The translations under genes and the position numbers were made by a program. A stretch of DNA of 64,000 bases, from assembly GCA_902584015.1 (NCBI GenBank), contig CACHYG010000001.1:18263-82262 (forward strand), read 5' to 3'. The notes under the pieces were generated by a model. The model ran no database searches. It saw only the letters and a program-made list of their open reading frames with translations, and was not told where the DNA came from. Shown here one piece after another: positions 21,155-33,360 of this stretch (position 1 is the first letter of the stretch; every line of letters begins with the position of its first letter). This stretch comes from an uncultured Pelagibacteraceae bacterium (GTDB lineage: Bacteria > Pseudomonadota > Alphaproteobacteria > Pelagibacterales > Pelagibacteraceae).

Positions 21155-22690
21155 ATGAATTTAGAAGAAAAATTTAATATTTTAGTAAATAAAATGAATT
21201 TTGGTAATTATGATGAGGTTATTTTTGAAACTAACTATTTAATTAAAAAATTTCCAAAACAGGAAGCATTATATAATCTTTTGGCTCTCACTTACCAGGC
21301 GAAAGGTGAATATGATAAATCAATTGACCTATTAAATGCTGCATTAAAAAGAAGTAAAAATAACACAAATTTCTTAAATAATATTGGATTAGGGTATTAC
21401 AGAAAAAAAGATTACATTAAAGCAGAAAGTTATTTTAATAAGGTTTTAGAATTAAATCCAAGATTTATAAATACTATTAATAATCTTGCTGGTTTATACA
21501 ATGAACTTAATAATACAAACGAAAGTGAGAAGCTTTACTTAAAGGCTTTGAGTATTAATGGCAATGTTTTGGAGACAAATTATAATTATGCATCATTTCT
21601 TCAAACTATAGGAAGATATACCGAAGCAGAAAAATATTACCAAAAAACTTTAGATATTAATAAAGATTTTACAAGAGCTGATAAAAGTCTAGCAATGTTA
21701 AAAAAGTATAAAAAGGGTGATAAATATATTTCTTCTTTAGAAGAAAAAATAAAAAATAAAAATCTTCATATATCAAATATAAAAGATTTATCTTTTGCTT
21801 TAGGAAAAATATACGAGGATATAGGTGAATACAAAAAATCTTTTGAGTATGTTAAGATGGCAAACGATATTAAAAAACAGTTAACAAAATTCGATATTAA
21901 TAACGAAATTAAATTTTTTACGAAAATTAAAAATTTTCATGAAAATACTAAAATAAAAAATTTACAAATAGCTGAAAATGAAAAAAAAATAATATTTATT
22001 TTAGGTATGCCTAGAACAGGAACATCTTTAGTGGAACAAATTATATCTAGTCACGACAAAGTTTATGGTTCTGGAGAATTACCATTTTTAGACCAGTACT
22101 TCAGAAGATATATAGAAAATTTTGAAAAACATCAAAATATAGGGGAAGATCTTACAAAATTTAAAGAAAATTATTTGAATATAATTGAAAAGATGACAAG
22201 TTCTGATGTTGTTACAGATAAAGCACCACTTAACTTTAGATGGATAGGAATAATTAAATTAATATTTCCAAATGCAATTATAATTCATTGCAAAAGAGAT
22301 CCTCTTGAAAACAGTTGGTCTATTTATAAAAATGATTTTGAGGGAGGAATGTTATTTTCCAATAATGCCCAAGACATAGCAAGTTATTACAATATTTATC
22401 TAAATTTAATGTCTTATTGGAAGAGTACTTTTAATAAAGATATTTATGACCTAAATTATGAAGACTTAATAAATAATCCCGAAAGCAAAATTAGAGAAAT
22501 AATTACTTTTTGTGGGTTAGATTGGCAAGATGTATGTTTAGAATATTACAAAAATAAAAAATCAATTAAAACTGTAAGTTTTAGCCAAGTAAGAAAACCT
22601 ATTTATAAAGACTCATTGAAAGGTACTGCAAAATTTAAAAATTATATTCAAGATTTAGAAAATGCGCTATCTTCTTCCAAAGTCAGGTAA
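21155..22690 (+). CDS. TPR-repeat sulfotransferase-family protein
   Basis: N-terminal TPR repeats (YNLLA..Y, NNIG..Y, NNLA..Y, YNYA); sulfotransferase IFILGMPRTGTSLVEQIISSH, TDKAPLNF, IHCKRDP, YEDLI. Confidence 0.85.
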   Translation: MNLEEKFNILVNKMNFGNYDEVIFETNYLIKKFPKQEALYNLLALTYQAKGEYDKSIDLLNAALKRSKNNTNFLNNIGLGYYRKKDYIKAESYFNKVLELNPRFINTINNLAGLYNELNNTNESEKLYLKALSINGNVLETNYNYASFLQTIGRYTEAEKYYQKTLDINKDFTRADKSLAMLKKYKKGDKYISSLEEKIKNKNLHISNIKDLSFALGKIYEDIGEYKKSFEYVKMANDIKKQLTKFDINNEIKFFTKIKNFHENTKIKNLQIAENEKKIIFILGMPRTGTSLVEQIISSHDKVYGSGELPFLDQYFRRYIENFEKHQNIGEDLTKFKENYLNIIEKMTSSDVVTDKAPLNFRWIGIIKLIFPNAIIIHCKRDPLENSWSIYKNDFEGGMLFSNNAQDIASYYNIYLNLMSYWKSTFNKDIYDLNYEDLINNPESKIREIITFCGLDWQDVCLEYYKNKKSIKTVSFSQVRKPIYKDSLKGTAKFKNYIQDLENALSSSKVR

Positions 22691-23566
22691 ATTAACGTCT
22701 TGTTTTGAAGAAACTATTTTTTTTCGAATTTTTTTAGACTCTTGCATTATTTTAATTAATTTTTTCTCATTTTTTGTGTTAATTAATTTTTTTATTTGAC
22801 GCATATTTTTTAAAAAAAGGTCAATTCCCTTAGTAATGTTTATATGATTATTTAGGAAAATATCTTTCCACATAATCTCATTTGAAGCTGCAGTTCTTGT
22901 AAAATCTCTCAGACCACCTGCACTAAATTTAACTATATTTGATTTTTTTTTCTTCTCAAAATTCATTGCCGTTTTTACCATATTATATGCAACAAGGTGT
23001 GGAATATGGCTTGTAATTGAAAAAATATGATCGTGCTCTTTAAAATTCATGTAAACTATATTGCATCCAATTTTGACCCAAAATTTAGATAAAATTTTCA
23101 TATGTTTTTTATTTATATTTCTATCTTTTATTAAAACACACCATTTATCAGAAAATAATTTTTCGTTCCCAAACTTAGGACCACTTACTTCAGAACCTGC
23201 AATTGGATGGCTCGAAATCCAACTTATATTTTTTTTAATTCTAGGTTTTATTTTTCTAAATATTGTTTCCTTTGCTGAACCAACATCAGTAACTATTGTA
23301 TTTTTATTAATATACTTTTCTATCTTGTTAAAAATTTTTAAATACTCGCCTAAATGTGTACAAATTATTATCATATCCATTTTGGGAATTTGTTTTTCGG
23401 AACCTTTTAAAACCTCGCAACTGTATCTTAGTTTTTTAATTTGATTTATATGTTTTTTTGATTTTTCTAAAATAAAGATTTTTTTTGATATTTTTTTTTT
23501 AATTGTAGCTCTTAAAATTGAAGAGCCAATTAAACCACAACCAACGATTAAAATTTTTTTAAACAT
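22667..23566 (-). CDS. tyrA: Prephenate/cyclohexadienyl dehydrogenase
   Basis: GCGLIGSS, TDVGSAK, HPIAGSEVSG, HDHIFSITSHIPHL, SAGGLRDFTR; follows hisC as in other alphaproteobacteria. Confidence 0.9.
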   Translation of the reverse strand: MFKKILIVGCGLIGSSILRATIKKKISKKIFILEKSKKHINQIKKLRYSCEVLKGSEKQIPKMDMIIICTHLGEYLKIFNKIEKYINKNTIVTDVGSAKETIFRKIKPRIKKNISWISSHPIAGSEVSGPKFGNEKLFSDKWCVLIKDRNINKKHMKILSKFWVKIGCNIVYMNFKEHDHIFSITSHIPHLVAYNMVKTAMNFEKKKKSNIVKFSAGGLRDFTRTAASNEIMWKDIFLNNHINITKGIDLFLKNMRQIKKLINTKNEKKLIKIMQESKKIRKKIVSSKQDVNLPDFGRR

Positions 23567-24650
23567 TTTCAAATATTTGTTTTATCTCTTTGAGAAACAA
23601 TTTATTTTCTGAACTATTTCCAATAGTTAATCTCAAATGGTTGTCAATCCCGTAAGTATTCATTTCTCTGAGTATAATTCCTTTGCTTTCTAATTTTTTT
23701 TCAACTGAAATTGCTGTCAGCTTACAACGATTAAAATTAAGTAAAAGAAAATTTGCACTTATTTTATTTGAGTAAATATCAAACTCTTCCAGGCTTTTTT
23801 TAATTTTTTTACTCCAATATAAGTTATGTTTAATTGATTTATTAATAAATTTATTATCTTTTAAAGCCTCAATTGCACATAGCTGTGCAATTTCATTAAC
23901 ATTAAATGGTGGTTTAATAAAATTCAAAGCTTGAATAATTTTTTTATCTCCATAACCCCACCCAATTCTTAAAGCTGCTAATCCATAGATTTTCGAAAAT
24001 GTTCTTAATATGAAAACATTTTTAGAATTTTTAAAAATCTTTAATCCTGACGCATATTTATTATCCTTCATATATTCATAATACGCATCATCTATTACTA
24101 ACAAAATATCTTTTCTTAATTTTTTTCTTAAATTAATTAATTCATTTCTGTAAAGATATGTACCTGTAGGATTATTAGGATTTGCTAAAAAAACTATTTT
24201 TGTTTTTTTATTCACTTTATTAATTATATTATCCATCGAAATCTTAAAATTTTTCTCTTTTGAAAAAACTACTTTAGCACCTGAAATAGATGAATAAATT
24301 CTGTACATTAAAAAACTAAATTCTGGAACAATTACTTGATCGCCTTTGCTTAAAAATAATTGGCATAGCATTTGAATAATCTCATCAGACCCGGATCCAC
24401 AAATTACTTTATTGGCATCACAATTAAATTTAATTGAAATTTGTTTTCTTAATAATTTAGAGGTGTAATCTGGATATTTTGAAGTGCTTACATTTTTTCT
24501 TAAGATTGCTTTCACTCTTGGACTTGCACCTAACGCAGACTCGTTTGCGGATAATTTTATTATTTTTCTAGTTTCTTTTAAATTTGGAATTTCGTATTTT
24601 CCTGGCTTATAAGATTGAAATTTAAGTTTTTTAAATTTAGCTAACTTCAT
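23559..24650 (-). CDS. hisC: Histidinol-phosphate aminotransferase
   Basis: KLSANES, GSGSDE, ANPNNPTG, DDAY, RTFSKIYGLAALRIGW. Confidence 0.93.
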   Translation of the reverse strand: MKLAKFKKLKFQSYKPGKYEIPNLKETRKIIKLSANESALGASPRVKAILRKNVSTSKYPDYTSKLLRKQISIKFNCDANKVICGSGSDEIIQMLCQLFLSKGDQVIVPEFSFLMYRIYSSISGAKVVFSKEKNFKISMDNIINKVNKKTKIVFLANPNNPTGTYLYRNELINLRKKLRKDILLVIDDAYYEYMKDNKYASGLKIFKNSKNVFILRTFSKIYGLAALRIGWGYGDKKIIQALNFIKPPFNVNEIAQLCAIEALKDNKFINKSIKHNLYWSKKIKKSLEEFDIYSNKISANFLLLNFNRCKLTAISVEKKLESKGIILREMNTYGIDNHLRLTIGNSSENKLFLKEIKQIFENV

Positions 24651-24724
24651 AATTTTTATTTTTCTGGTATATATAGTTGAATTATAATTTATTTAAATTA
24701 AATAAGTAAAATTCTTATTAAAAT

Positions 24725-24753
24725 TTGACATATAAAATACTATAATGTAATAA
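24725..24753 (+). promoter_or_regulatory. Putative sigma70 promoter for metX
   Basis: TTGACA at 24725-24730 with TAATAA 17 nt downstream; this would place the TSS near the riboswitch 5' end. Confidence 0.4.
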
Positions 24754-24757
24754 CTAT

Positions 24758-24812
24758 TTGCGCTGATTTAAACTGAATTGCGAGCGCTTAAAAAAAACCG
24801 CTAAATAAGTTT
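24758..24812 (+). ncRNA. SAM-II riboswitch
   Basis: GCGCT-GATTTAAACTGAATTGCG-AGCGC-(A-rich)-GCTAAATAAGTT matches the SAM-II H-type pseudoknot: P1 GCGCU/AGCGC, conserved GAUUU loop, UUGC and GCUAAA. Lies directly upstream of metX. Confidence 0.9.
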
Positions 24813-24840
24813 TTTTTCTCCAATTCATCAGCATATAAAT

Positions 24841-25962
24841 ATGAGCAAATTTAAAGATATAAAGAAAATAATTGTTGAAAAACCATTAAAATTAGATTGT
24901 GGACAGACAATAAATAATTACCCATTAGCATATGAAACATATGGAAAATTAAACGACGACAGAAGTAATGCTATACTGATTTTTCATGCTTTGACTGGGG
25001 ATCAATTTGCATCGGGAATAAATCCAATTACAAAAAAAGATGGTTGGTGGAATTATGCTCTTGGACCCGGAAAGGCAATTGATACTGATAAATATTTTGT
25101 AATTGCAGCAAATGTTATAGGTGGATGTATGGGTTCTTTTGGTCCAAGTGATATTAATCCTGAAACAAAAAAACCTTATGGTACAAACTTTCCAGTTATC
25201 ACAATTAATGACATGGTTAATGCTCAATATAATCTCTTAGATTATTTTAAAATCGAAAAATTATTCAGTGTTATTGGAGGATCTATGGGTGGAATGCAAG
25301 TACTTCAGTTTGTATCCAACTTCCCTGATAAAGCACTTACAGCAATTCCAATTGCTTGTACTGCAAGTCATTCAGCTCAAAATATAGCCCTAAATGAACT
25401 TGGCAGACAATCAATAATGGCCGATAGAAACTGGCAGGATGGATTTTATGAAGAACAAAATAAACAGCCAGATAAAGGGCTTGCTGTTGCAAGAATGGCA
25501 GCTCATATTACTTATTTATCTAAAGCTGGACTACAAGAAAAATTTGGGAGAAAATTGCAAGAGAGAGATGATTTAAAATTTAGTTTCGATGCTGATTTTC
25601 AAATAGAAAGTTATTTAAGATATCAGGGATCAGTTTTTGTTGATAGGTTTGATGCAAATAGCTATTTGTATATTACAAGAGCTATGGATTATTTTGATTT
25701 AACAAAAAAATTTGGTGGAAATTTATCAAAAGCTTTCGAGAAAAGTAACACTAAGTTTTTTATTATATCGTTTACGTCAGATTGGCTTTACCCAACTTCT
25801 GAAAATAGAGATATTGTAATTGCCTTAAATGCTATTGGTAAAAATGTTGGATTTGTCGAAATTTCCTCTGATAAAGGTCATGATTCTTTTTTACTTGATG
25901 TCCAAGATTTTTTAAATACAGTCAAAAATTTTTTAAATACCTCTTATAAGCAAATTAAATGA
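24841..25962 (+). CDS. metX: Homoserine O-acetyltransferase
   Basis: AYETYG, HALTGD, GWW, GGSMGGMQ, FDANSY, SDWLYP, GHDSFLL. Confidence 0.95.
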   Translation: MSKFKDIKKIIVEKPLKLDCGQTINNYPLAYETYGKLNDDRSNAILIFHALTGDQFASGINPITKKDGWWNYALGPGKAIDTDKYFVIAANVIGGCMGSFGPSDINPETKKPYGTNFPVITINDMVNAQYNLLDYFKIEKLFSVIGGSMGGMQVLQFVSNFPDKALTAIPIACTASHSAQNIALNELGRQSIMADRNWQDGFYEEQNKQPDKGLAVARMAAHITYLSKAGLQEKFGRKLQERDDLKFSFDADFQIESYLRYQGSVFVDRFDANSYLYITRAMDYFDLTKKFGGNLSKAFEKSNTKFFIISFTSDWLYPTSENRDIVIALNAIGKNVGFVEISSDKGHDSFLLDVQDFLNTVKNFLNTSYKQIK

Positions 25963-26513
25963 AAAAAGAATTTTATAATATTGCAAAATTGGTAACTCAA
26001 AACTCCAAAATTTTAGATGTTGGATGTGGAAATGGTGAACTTATGAAATATATTACAGAAAATATTAGCAAAGATATTAGAGGAATTGAGTTATCAAAAT
26101 CAAATGTCCAAAAGTGTGTAGAAAAAGGTTTAACAGTCATCGAAGGTAACGCAGAAAAAGATTTAAAGCAATTTCCAGATGGTACTTTCGATTTTGTAAT
26201 TCTTAGTCAAACTTTACAGGCTTTCTTAGATCCAGAAAATGTATTGAATGAATTACTAAGGATTGGAAAAAAAGCAATAGTATCAATTCCTAATTTTGGA
26301 CATTGGAAAGTAAGATTGCATTTACTTTTAAAAGGTACAATGCCAGTAACTGAAAACTTACCAAATGAATGGTACAACACTCCAAACCTACACATGTGTA
26401 CAATTAAAGATTTTGAAAATTATTGTAAAAAAAGAGATATTAAAATTAATTTAAAAAATTTGAGATTTCATAATTTTTTCTCTGAATTAGGAATTTTTGT
26501 ATTGGAAAAATAA
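25959..26513 (+). CDS. metW: Methionine biosynthesis protein MetW
   Basis: LDVGCGNG, VILSQTLQA, SIPNFGHW, WYNTPNLH; coupled to metX. Confidence 0.93.
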   Translation: MKKEFYNIAKLVTQNSKILDVGCGNGELMKYITENISKDIRGIELSKSNVQKCVEKGLTVIEGNAEKDLKQFPDGTFDFVILSQTLQAFLDPENVLNELLRIGKKAIVSIPNFGHWKVRLHLLLKGTMPVTENLPNEWYNTPNLHMCTIKDFENYCKKRDIKINLKNLRFHNFFSELGIFVLEK

Positions 26514-26514
26514 A

Positions 26515-27234
26515 ATGAAAATAGAAATAATCAAATGCCTTCAAGATAACTTTTCATATTTGTTAATTAATGAAAAAAATTCTGATGCATGTGTAATTGA
26601 TCCAGGAGAAGCCAAACCAGTTTTGAAATACATTGAAGAAAATAAAATAAATTTAAAATATATTCTAAACACCCATCATCACGGGGATCATATTGGTGGT
26701 AACAAAATTTTAAAAGATATGTTTAAAGCGAAAATACTTGCTTCTAAAGATGATAGAGAAAAAATTCCTATGATTGATATTTTTTTAAATGACGGTCAGG
26801 TTTGGAAAGATGACATATTTGAGTTTAAAGTTATTCACGTTCCAGGGCATACTTTAGGACATATATGTTTTTACTTTTTTAATGAAAAAACAGTTTTTAC
26901 TGGAGACACATTATTTTCTTTAGGATGTGGAAGGGTTTTCGAAGGAAGTCATAAGGATATGTTCAATTCATTATTAAAATTAAAAAGCTTACCTCCAGTT
27001 ACCAAAGTATATTTTGGACACGAATATACATTAAATAATTCTATTTTTTGCAACAAATTTGATGAAAATAATCCTGAACTAAATAGAAAAATTATTGATA
27101 TAAAAAAGAAATTGAATAATGGACTTCCTACTGTTCCATCCTCAATAAAAGATGAATTAGATTGTAATATTTTTTTGAGAGCAAAAAACTTAAAAGAATT
27201 TTCAAAATTACGGGATTTAAAGGACAATTTTTAA
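26515..27234 (+). CDS. gloB: Hydroxyacylglutathione hydrolase (glyoxalase II)
   Basis: DNFSY, THHHGDHIGG, PGHTLGH, FTGDTLFSLGCGR, GHEYT, LRDLKDNF. Confidence 0.93.
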   Translation: MKIEIIKCLQDNFSYLLINEKNSDACVIDPGEAKPVLKYIEENKINLKYILNTHHHGDHIGGNKILKDMFKAKILASKDDREKIPMIDIFLNDGQVWKDDIFEFKVIHVPGHTLGHICFYFFNEKTVFTGDTLFSLGCGRVFEGSHKDMFNSLLKLKSLPPVTKVYFGHEYTLNNSIFCNKFDENNPELNRKIIDIKKKLNNGLPTVPSSIKDELDCNIFLRAKNLKEFSKLRDLKDNF

Positions 27235-27244
27235 TCGATATTCC

Positions 27245-27272
27245 TTGACTAAAAATACCTTAGATCTATATT
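27245..27272 (+). promoter_or_regulatory. Putative sigma70 promoter for rplU-rpmA
   Basis: TTGACT (27245-27250), 16-nt spacer, TATATT (27267-27272), ending 24 nt before the rplU ATG. Confidence 0.45.
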
Positions 27273-27296
27273 GCAGCATTATTTAGGATAAATTTT

Positions 27297-27686
27297 ATGT
27301 CATTTGCAGTCATACAAACTGGTGGAAAACAGTACAAAGTTAAAGCTGGAGAGATACTTAAAGTTGAGAAATTGATCGACAAAGACAAAGTTGAGTTCAA
27401 GAATATCTTAGCTTATGGAGATGAAAAAAATGCTGAAGTTGGCTCTCCAAAAATTGAAGGTGCGAAAGTTGAAGCTGAAATTTTAAAAAATGGTAAAAAT
27501 AGAACTGTTTTAGTTTTTAAGAAAAGAAGAAGAAAAAATTCAAGAAGAAAAAATGGACATAGACAAGAATTTACATTGGTAAGAATAAGTAAAATTTTTG
27601 CTAAAGATGGCAAAGTACTCTCAGAAGCTGAGAAATATAAAAAAGTAGTAAAAGAAAAAACTAAAAAAGAAGAAGCTAAAAAGTAA
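27297..27686 (+). CDS. rplU: 50S ribosomal protein L21
   Basis: FAVIQTGGKQYKV, FKKRRRKNSRRKNGHRQ; Lys/Glu-rich C-terminal tail. Confidence 0.97.
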   Translation: MSFAVIQTGGKQYKVKAGEILKVEKLIDKDKVEFKNILAYGDEKNAEVGSPKIEGAKVEAEILKNGKNRTVLVFKKRRRKNSRRKNGHRQEFTLVRISKIFAKDGKVLSEAEKYKKVVKEKTKKEEAKK

Positions 27687-27702
27687 ATATAGAGAATAAA
27701 TT

Positions 27703-27957
27703 ATGGCAACAAAAAAAGCAGGTGGATCGTCAAGGAACGGAAGAGATAGTGCTGGTAGAAGACTTGGTGTCAAAATTTATGCAGGTCAAAAAGTCATTCC
27801 GGGTAATATAATTGTAAGACAAAGAGGTACAAAAATATTTCCTGGAGAACATGTAGGAATGGGAAAAGATCATTCAATTTTTTCAAAAATTAAAGGAACA
27901 GTTAAATTCAAAAAAACAAAATCAGATAGAACTTTTGTATCTGTAAAGCCCAATTAA
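27703..27957 (+). CDS. rpmA: 50S ribosomal protein L27
   Basis: [31 protein letters not shown]. Confidence 0.97.
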   Translation: MATKKAGGSSRNGRDSAGRRLGVKIYAGQKVIPGNIIVRQRGTKIFPGEHVGMGKDHSIFSKIKGTVKFKKTKSDRTFVSVKPN

Positions 27958-27977
27958 TATACAACATATTAAAATAA

Positions 27978-30065
<2,088 letters not shown>

Positions 30066-30069
<4 letters not shown>

Positions 30070-31319
30070 TAAAAAGATATCTTGAAATAATTGGAAGAAA
30101 ATCAAAAAAGGCTTTTGAAAATAAAGTTAAAAACGAGTTGAAGAATAAAGTTTTAAATCATTTTGCACTTTCAATTAAAAAAAATAAAAAATCTATATTA
30201 TCACAAAATAAAAAAGATATCGATTATGCAAAAAAAATTGGATTAAAAGATAACTTTATCTACAGATTAGAATTAGATGCAAAAAAACTTGGAGCCATTA
30301 CAAGTTCGATTAATTCAATATCAAAATTAAAAGATCCAACTGATAGAATATTAGAGCAGTGGAAAAGACCAAACGGGTTAAAAATCAAAAAAGTTTCAGT
30401 TCCAATAGGAGTAATAGGAGTGATTTATGAAAGTAGACCAAATGTTACCTCGGATGTTTCTTGCTTATGTTTTAAATCAGGCAATTCTGTTATTTTAAAA
30501 GGAGGCTCTGAATCTTATTTTACCAATAAAATTTTATCTAACTTGTTTAGAAGATCTTTAAAATTTCATAAAATTGATCCTAATTTCGTCCAATTTGTAG
30601 ACTTGAGGAGTAGAAAGGTTGTTGATCACATGCTTTCTAAAATGACAAAATATATTGATATAATAATCCCAAGAGGTGGAAAAAGCTTAGTTAAAAAAGT
30701 TCAAGATACTTCAAAATTGCCAGTTATTGGTCACTTAGAGGGGTTGTGTCATACCTACATTGACAGTAGTGCAAATTTAAAAATGGCTCTAAAAGTAGTT
30801 TTAAATGCTAAACTGAGAAATACTGCAATTTGTGGTGCAACAGAAACTATTTTATTAAATGATAAGTTAATTAAAAAATTTTCTAAATTACTAATCACCA
30901 ATTTGGAAAATAATGGATGTGTGGTTTATGCAGATAATAAAATTAGAAAAGTTTATAAAGGAAACAGTTTTTTAGCATCTGAAAAAGACTGGATGACTGA
31001 ATATTTAACATCAAAGATATCTATTAAATCAGTTAAAAATGTTATTGAGGCTATAAATCATATAAACAAATATGGAACTCAACATACCGATGCAATAATT
31101 TGCAAAAATAAAAAAACGTCTCAAATTTTTTTAAAAAATGTAAAAAGTTCAATAGCTATGCATAATACATCAACCCAATTTGCAGATGGTAGTGAATTTG
31201 GTTTTGGGGCAGAGGTAGGAATTTCTACAAACAACTTACCACCAAGAGGTCCGGTTGGATTAGGCCAGCTGGTATCGTATAAATATGAAGTTATTGGATC
31301 GGGACAAATAAGAAAGTAA
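30066..31319 (+). CDS. proA: Gamma-glutamyl phosphate reductase
   Basis: VPIGVIGVIYESRPNVT, IPRGG, CGATET, NTSTQFADG.EFGFGAEVGIST. Confidence 0.95.
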
Positions 31320-31320
31320 A

Positions 31321-31848
31321 TTGAATAAAAAATTGAAAAAAAGAATTGGAATATTAGGAGGTAGTTTTGATCCAGCACATAAAGGTCATATTAAAATTTC
31401 AAAAGAGGCAAAAAAAAGGTTTAATCTAAAAAGTGTTTTTTGGGTTGTCACAAAAAAAAATCCCTTTAAACAAAAAAGTTTCTATAGTTTATCTCGTAGA
31501 ATAGCCACAGCAAAAAAATTAAGTATCAAAAATAAATTTATAAAAGTTATTTTCTTAGAACATAAATGTAAATCTAATAGAGCCTTTAAATACATAAATT
31601 ATTTGGACAGAAAGTACATTAATAATGATTTTTATTTTATCATGGGCGCTGATAATCTTATTAATTTCCACAAATGGAAAAATTGGAAAGAAATTCCAAA
31701 AATTTGTAACATATTAGTTTTTGACAGAGAAAATTACAAGCAAAGGTGTCTTAAATCTGTGGCTTACAAAAAAATTGACAGAAAAAGGCTGAAATTTATT
31801 AAATTCAATAAAGTTAATATTTCATCTTCTCAATTAAGAAAAATTTGA
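31321..31848 (+). CDS. nadD: Nicotinate-nucleotide adenylyltransferase
   Basis: GGSFDPAHKGH, IMGADNL, ISSSQLR; TTG start; proA-nadD-rsfS synteny. Confidence 0.9.
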   Translation: MNKKLKKRIGILGGSFDPAHKGHIKISKEAKKRFNLKSVFWVVTKKNPFKQKSFYSLSRRIATAKKLSIKNKFIKVIFLEHKCKSNRAFKYINYLDRKYINNDFYFIMGADNLINFHKWKNWKEIPKICNILVFDRENYKQRCLKSVAYKKIDRKRLKFIKFNKVNISSSQLRKI

Positions 31849-31866
31849 TAGTCTAGTTTATAATTG

Positions 31867-32217
31867 ATGGATAAAATATCAAATCTAAAAGCATTAATAC
31901 TCAAAACATTAGATACCAATAAAGCATTAGATATCGTAAGTATTGATTTGAAGAATAAAAGTTCAATTGCAGATTATATGATCATTGCTAGTGGCACCTC
32001 ATCAAGGCATATTCAGGCCTTATCTAAACAGGTAGTTGATAAAATCAAATTAAGTGGAATTAAAAATTGTAAAGTTGAGGGGAGCGATAGCAGTGATTGG
32101 AAACTTATTGATGGCATTGATATAATAATTCATATTTTTAACCCTGAAAAAAGAAAGTTTTACGAATTAGAGAAAATGTGGTCAGAACTTATTCCAAAAG
32201 AAAAATTAATTATATGA
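31867..32217 (+). CDS. rsfS: Ribosome silencing factor RsfS (Iojap)
   Basis: KALDIVSIDL, ADYMIIASGTSSRH, WKLID, IHIF, RKFYELEKMW. Confidence 0.93.
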   Translation: MDKISNLKALILKTLDTNKALDIVSIDLKNKSSIADYMIIASGTSSRHIQALSKQVVDKIKLSGIKNCKVEGSDSSDWKLIDGIDIIIHIFNPEKRKFYELEKMWSELIPKEKLII

Positions 32218-33359
32218 AATTATTAAAATTTGCTGGATTATTATTCTTAATATTATTTATCAATTCAAAATCTTTATATGGTGCAAATGACGAAACTACT
32301 ATTTACGAGAAAATAGATATTTTTAGTGATGTTCTAGATAAAATTAATAAGGAATATGTAGATGAAATTAACCAGAACGAAGTTATGGATGCAGCAATAA
32401 ATGGAGTACTTCAGTCTTTAGACCCCTATTCTGCATATATGTCTCCGGAAAGTTTTGATAGCATGAGAACTGAGACAAGTGGTGAATTTGGTGGTTTAGG
32501 AATTGAAGTCAGCATGGAAGCTGGTGTTGTCAAGGTCATTTCACCTTTGGACGAGTCACCAGCATACGAGGCTGGAGTAAAAGCAGGAGATTATATCGTA
32601 AAAATAAATGAACATCAGGTTCAAGGTAAAACTTTAAGTGAAGCCGTAGATTTGATGAGGGGACCTGTTGGTTCAGATATAGAAATTACTGTTAGAAGAA
32701 TAGGGGAAAGGAAGGCTTTAGTTTTTAATATTACAAGAAAGATAATCAAAATTCAGTCTGTTAAGTCAAAAAAGATAGATAAAAATATTGGATATATAAG
32801 ATTAACAGCTTTTAACGAAAATAGTAGTTCGCAAGTAAGAAAAAAAATAAAAGAGTTTGATAAAGATAAAAACATAAAAGGATATATATTAGATTTAAGA
32901 AATAATCCTGGAGGATTGCTATCTCAAGCAATAAAAATTTCTGACTTCTTTCTCTCAGATGGAGAGATTGTTTCTACTAAATCAAGAAAAGAGAATGAAA
33001 ATAGAAAATGGTTTGCAAATGAAGGTGACATACTAAATGGAAAAACTTTAGTAGTATTAATTAATAATGGTTCAGCTTCTGCATCTGAAATATTAGCCGG
33101 TGCTTTAAAAGATCATAAAAGAGCTATACTTATTGGAGAAACCACTTATGGCAAAGGCTCTGTACAATCAATTATTCCATTAAAAAATAAAGGGGCTATA
33201 AGATTAACTATTTCAAAATATTATCTTCCATCTGGAGTCTCAATTTCTGAAGTCGGAGTTGATCCAGATATTGAAGTCTCGGAAAGTTCTGACGAGTTTA
33301 GAATTGATACTGAAAGTGATAATCAATTAGACTTTGCTATAAAACTTTTAAACGGCTAA
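32214..33359 (+). CDS. ctpA: Carboxy-terminal processing protease (S41A)
   Basis: Signal peptide, LDPYS, PDZ GGLGI, LDLRNNPGGLL, SASASEI, GKGSVQ; ATG at 32214. Confidence 0.92.
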   Translation: MKLLKFAGLLFLILFINSKSLYGANDETTIYEKIDIFSDVLDKINKEYVDEINQNEVMDAAINGVLQSLDPYSAYMSPESFDSMRTETSGEFGGLGIEVSMEAGVVKVISPLDESPAYEAGVKAGDYIVKINEHQVQGKTLSEAVDLMRGPVGSDIEITVRRIGERKALVFNITRKIIKIQSVKSKKIDKNIGYIRLTAFNENSSSQVRKKIKEFDKDKNIKGYILDLRNNPGGLLSQAIKISDFFLSDGEIVSTKSRKENENRKWFANEGDILNGKTLVVLINNGSASASEILAGALKDHKRAILIGETTYGKGSVQSIIPLKNKGAIRLTISKYYLPSGVSISEVGVDPDIEVSESSDEFRIDTESDNQLDFAIKLLNG

Positions 33360-33360
33360 A

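Noticed and set aside
26400-26513. MetW C-terminus looks somewhat shorter than typical
   Set aside because: The frame and terminal motif are intact, and I cannot establish a deletion without an alignment.
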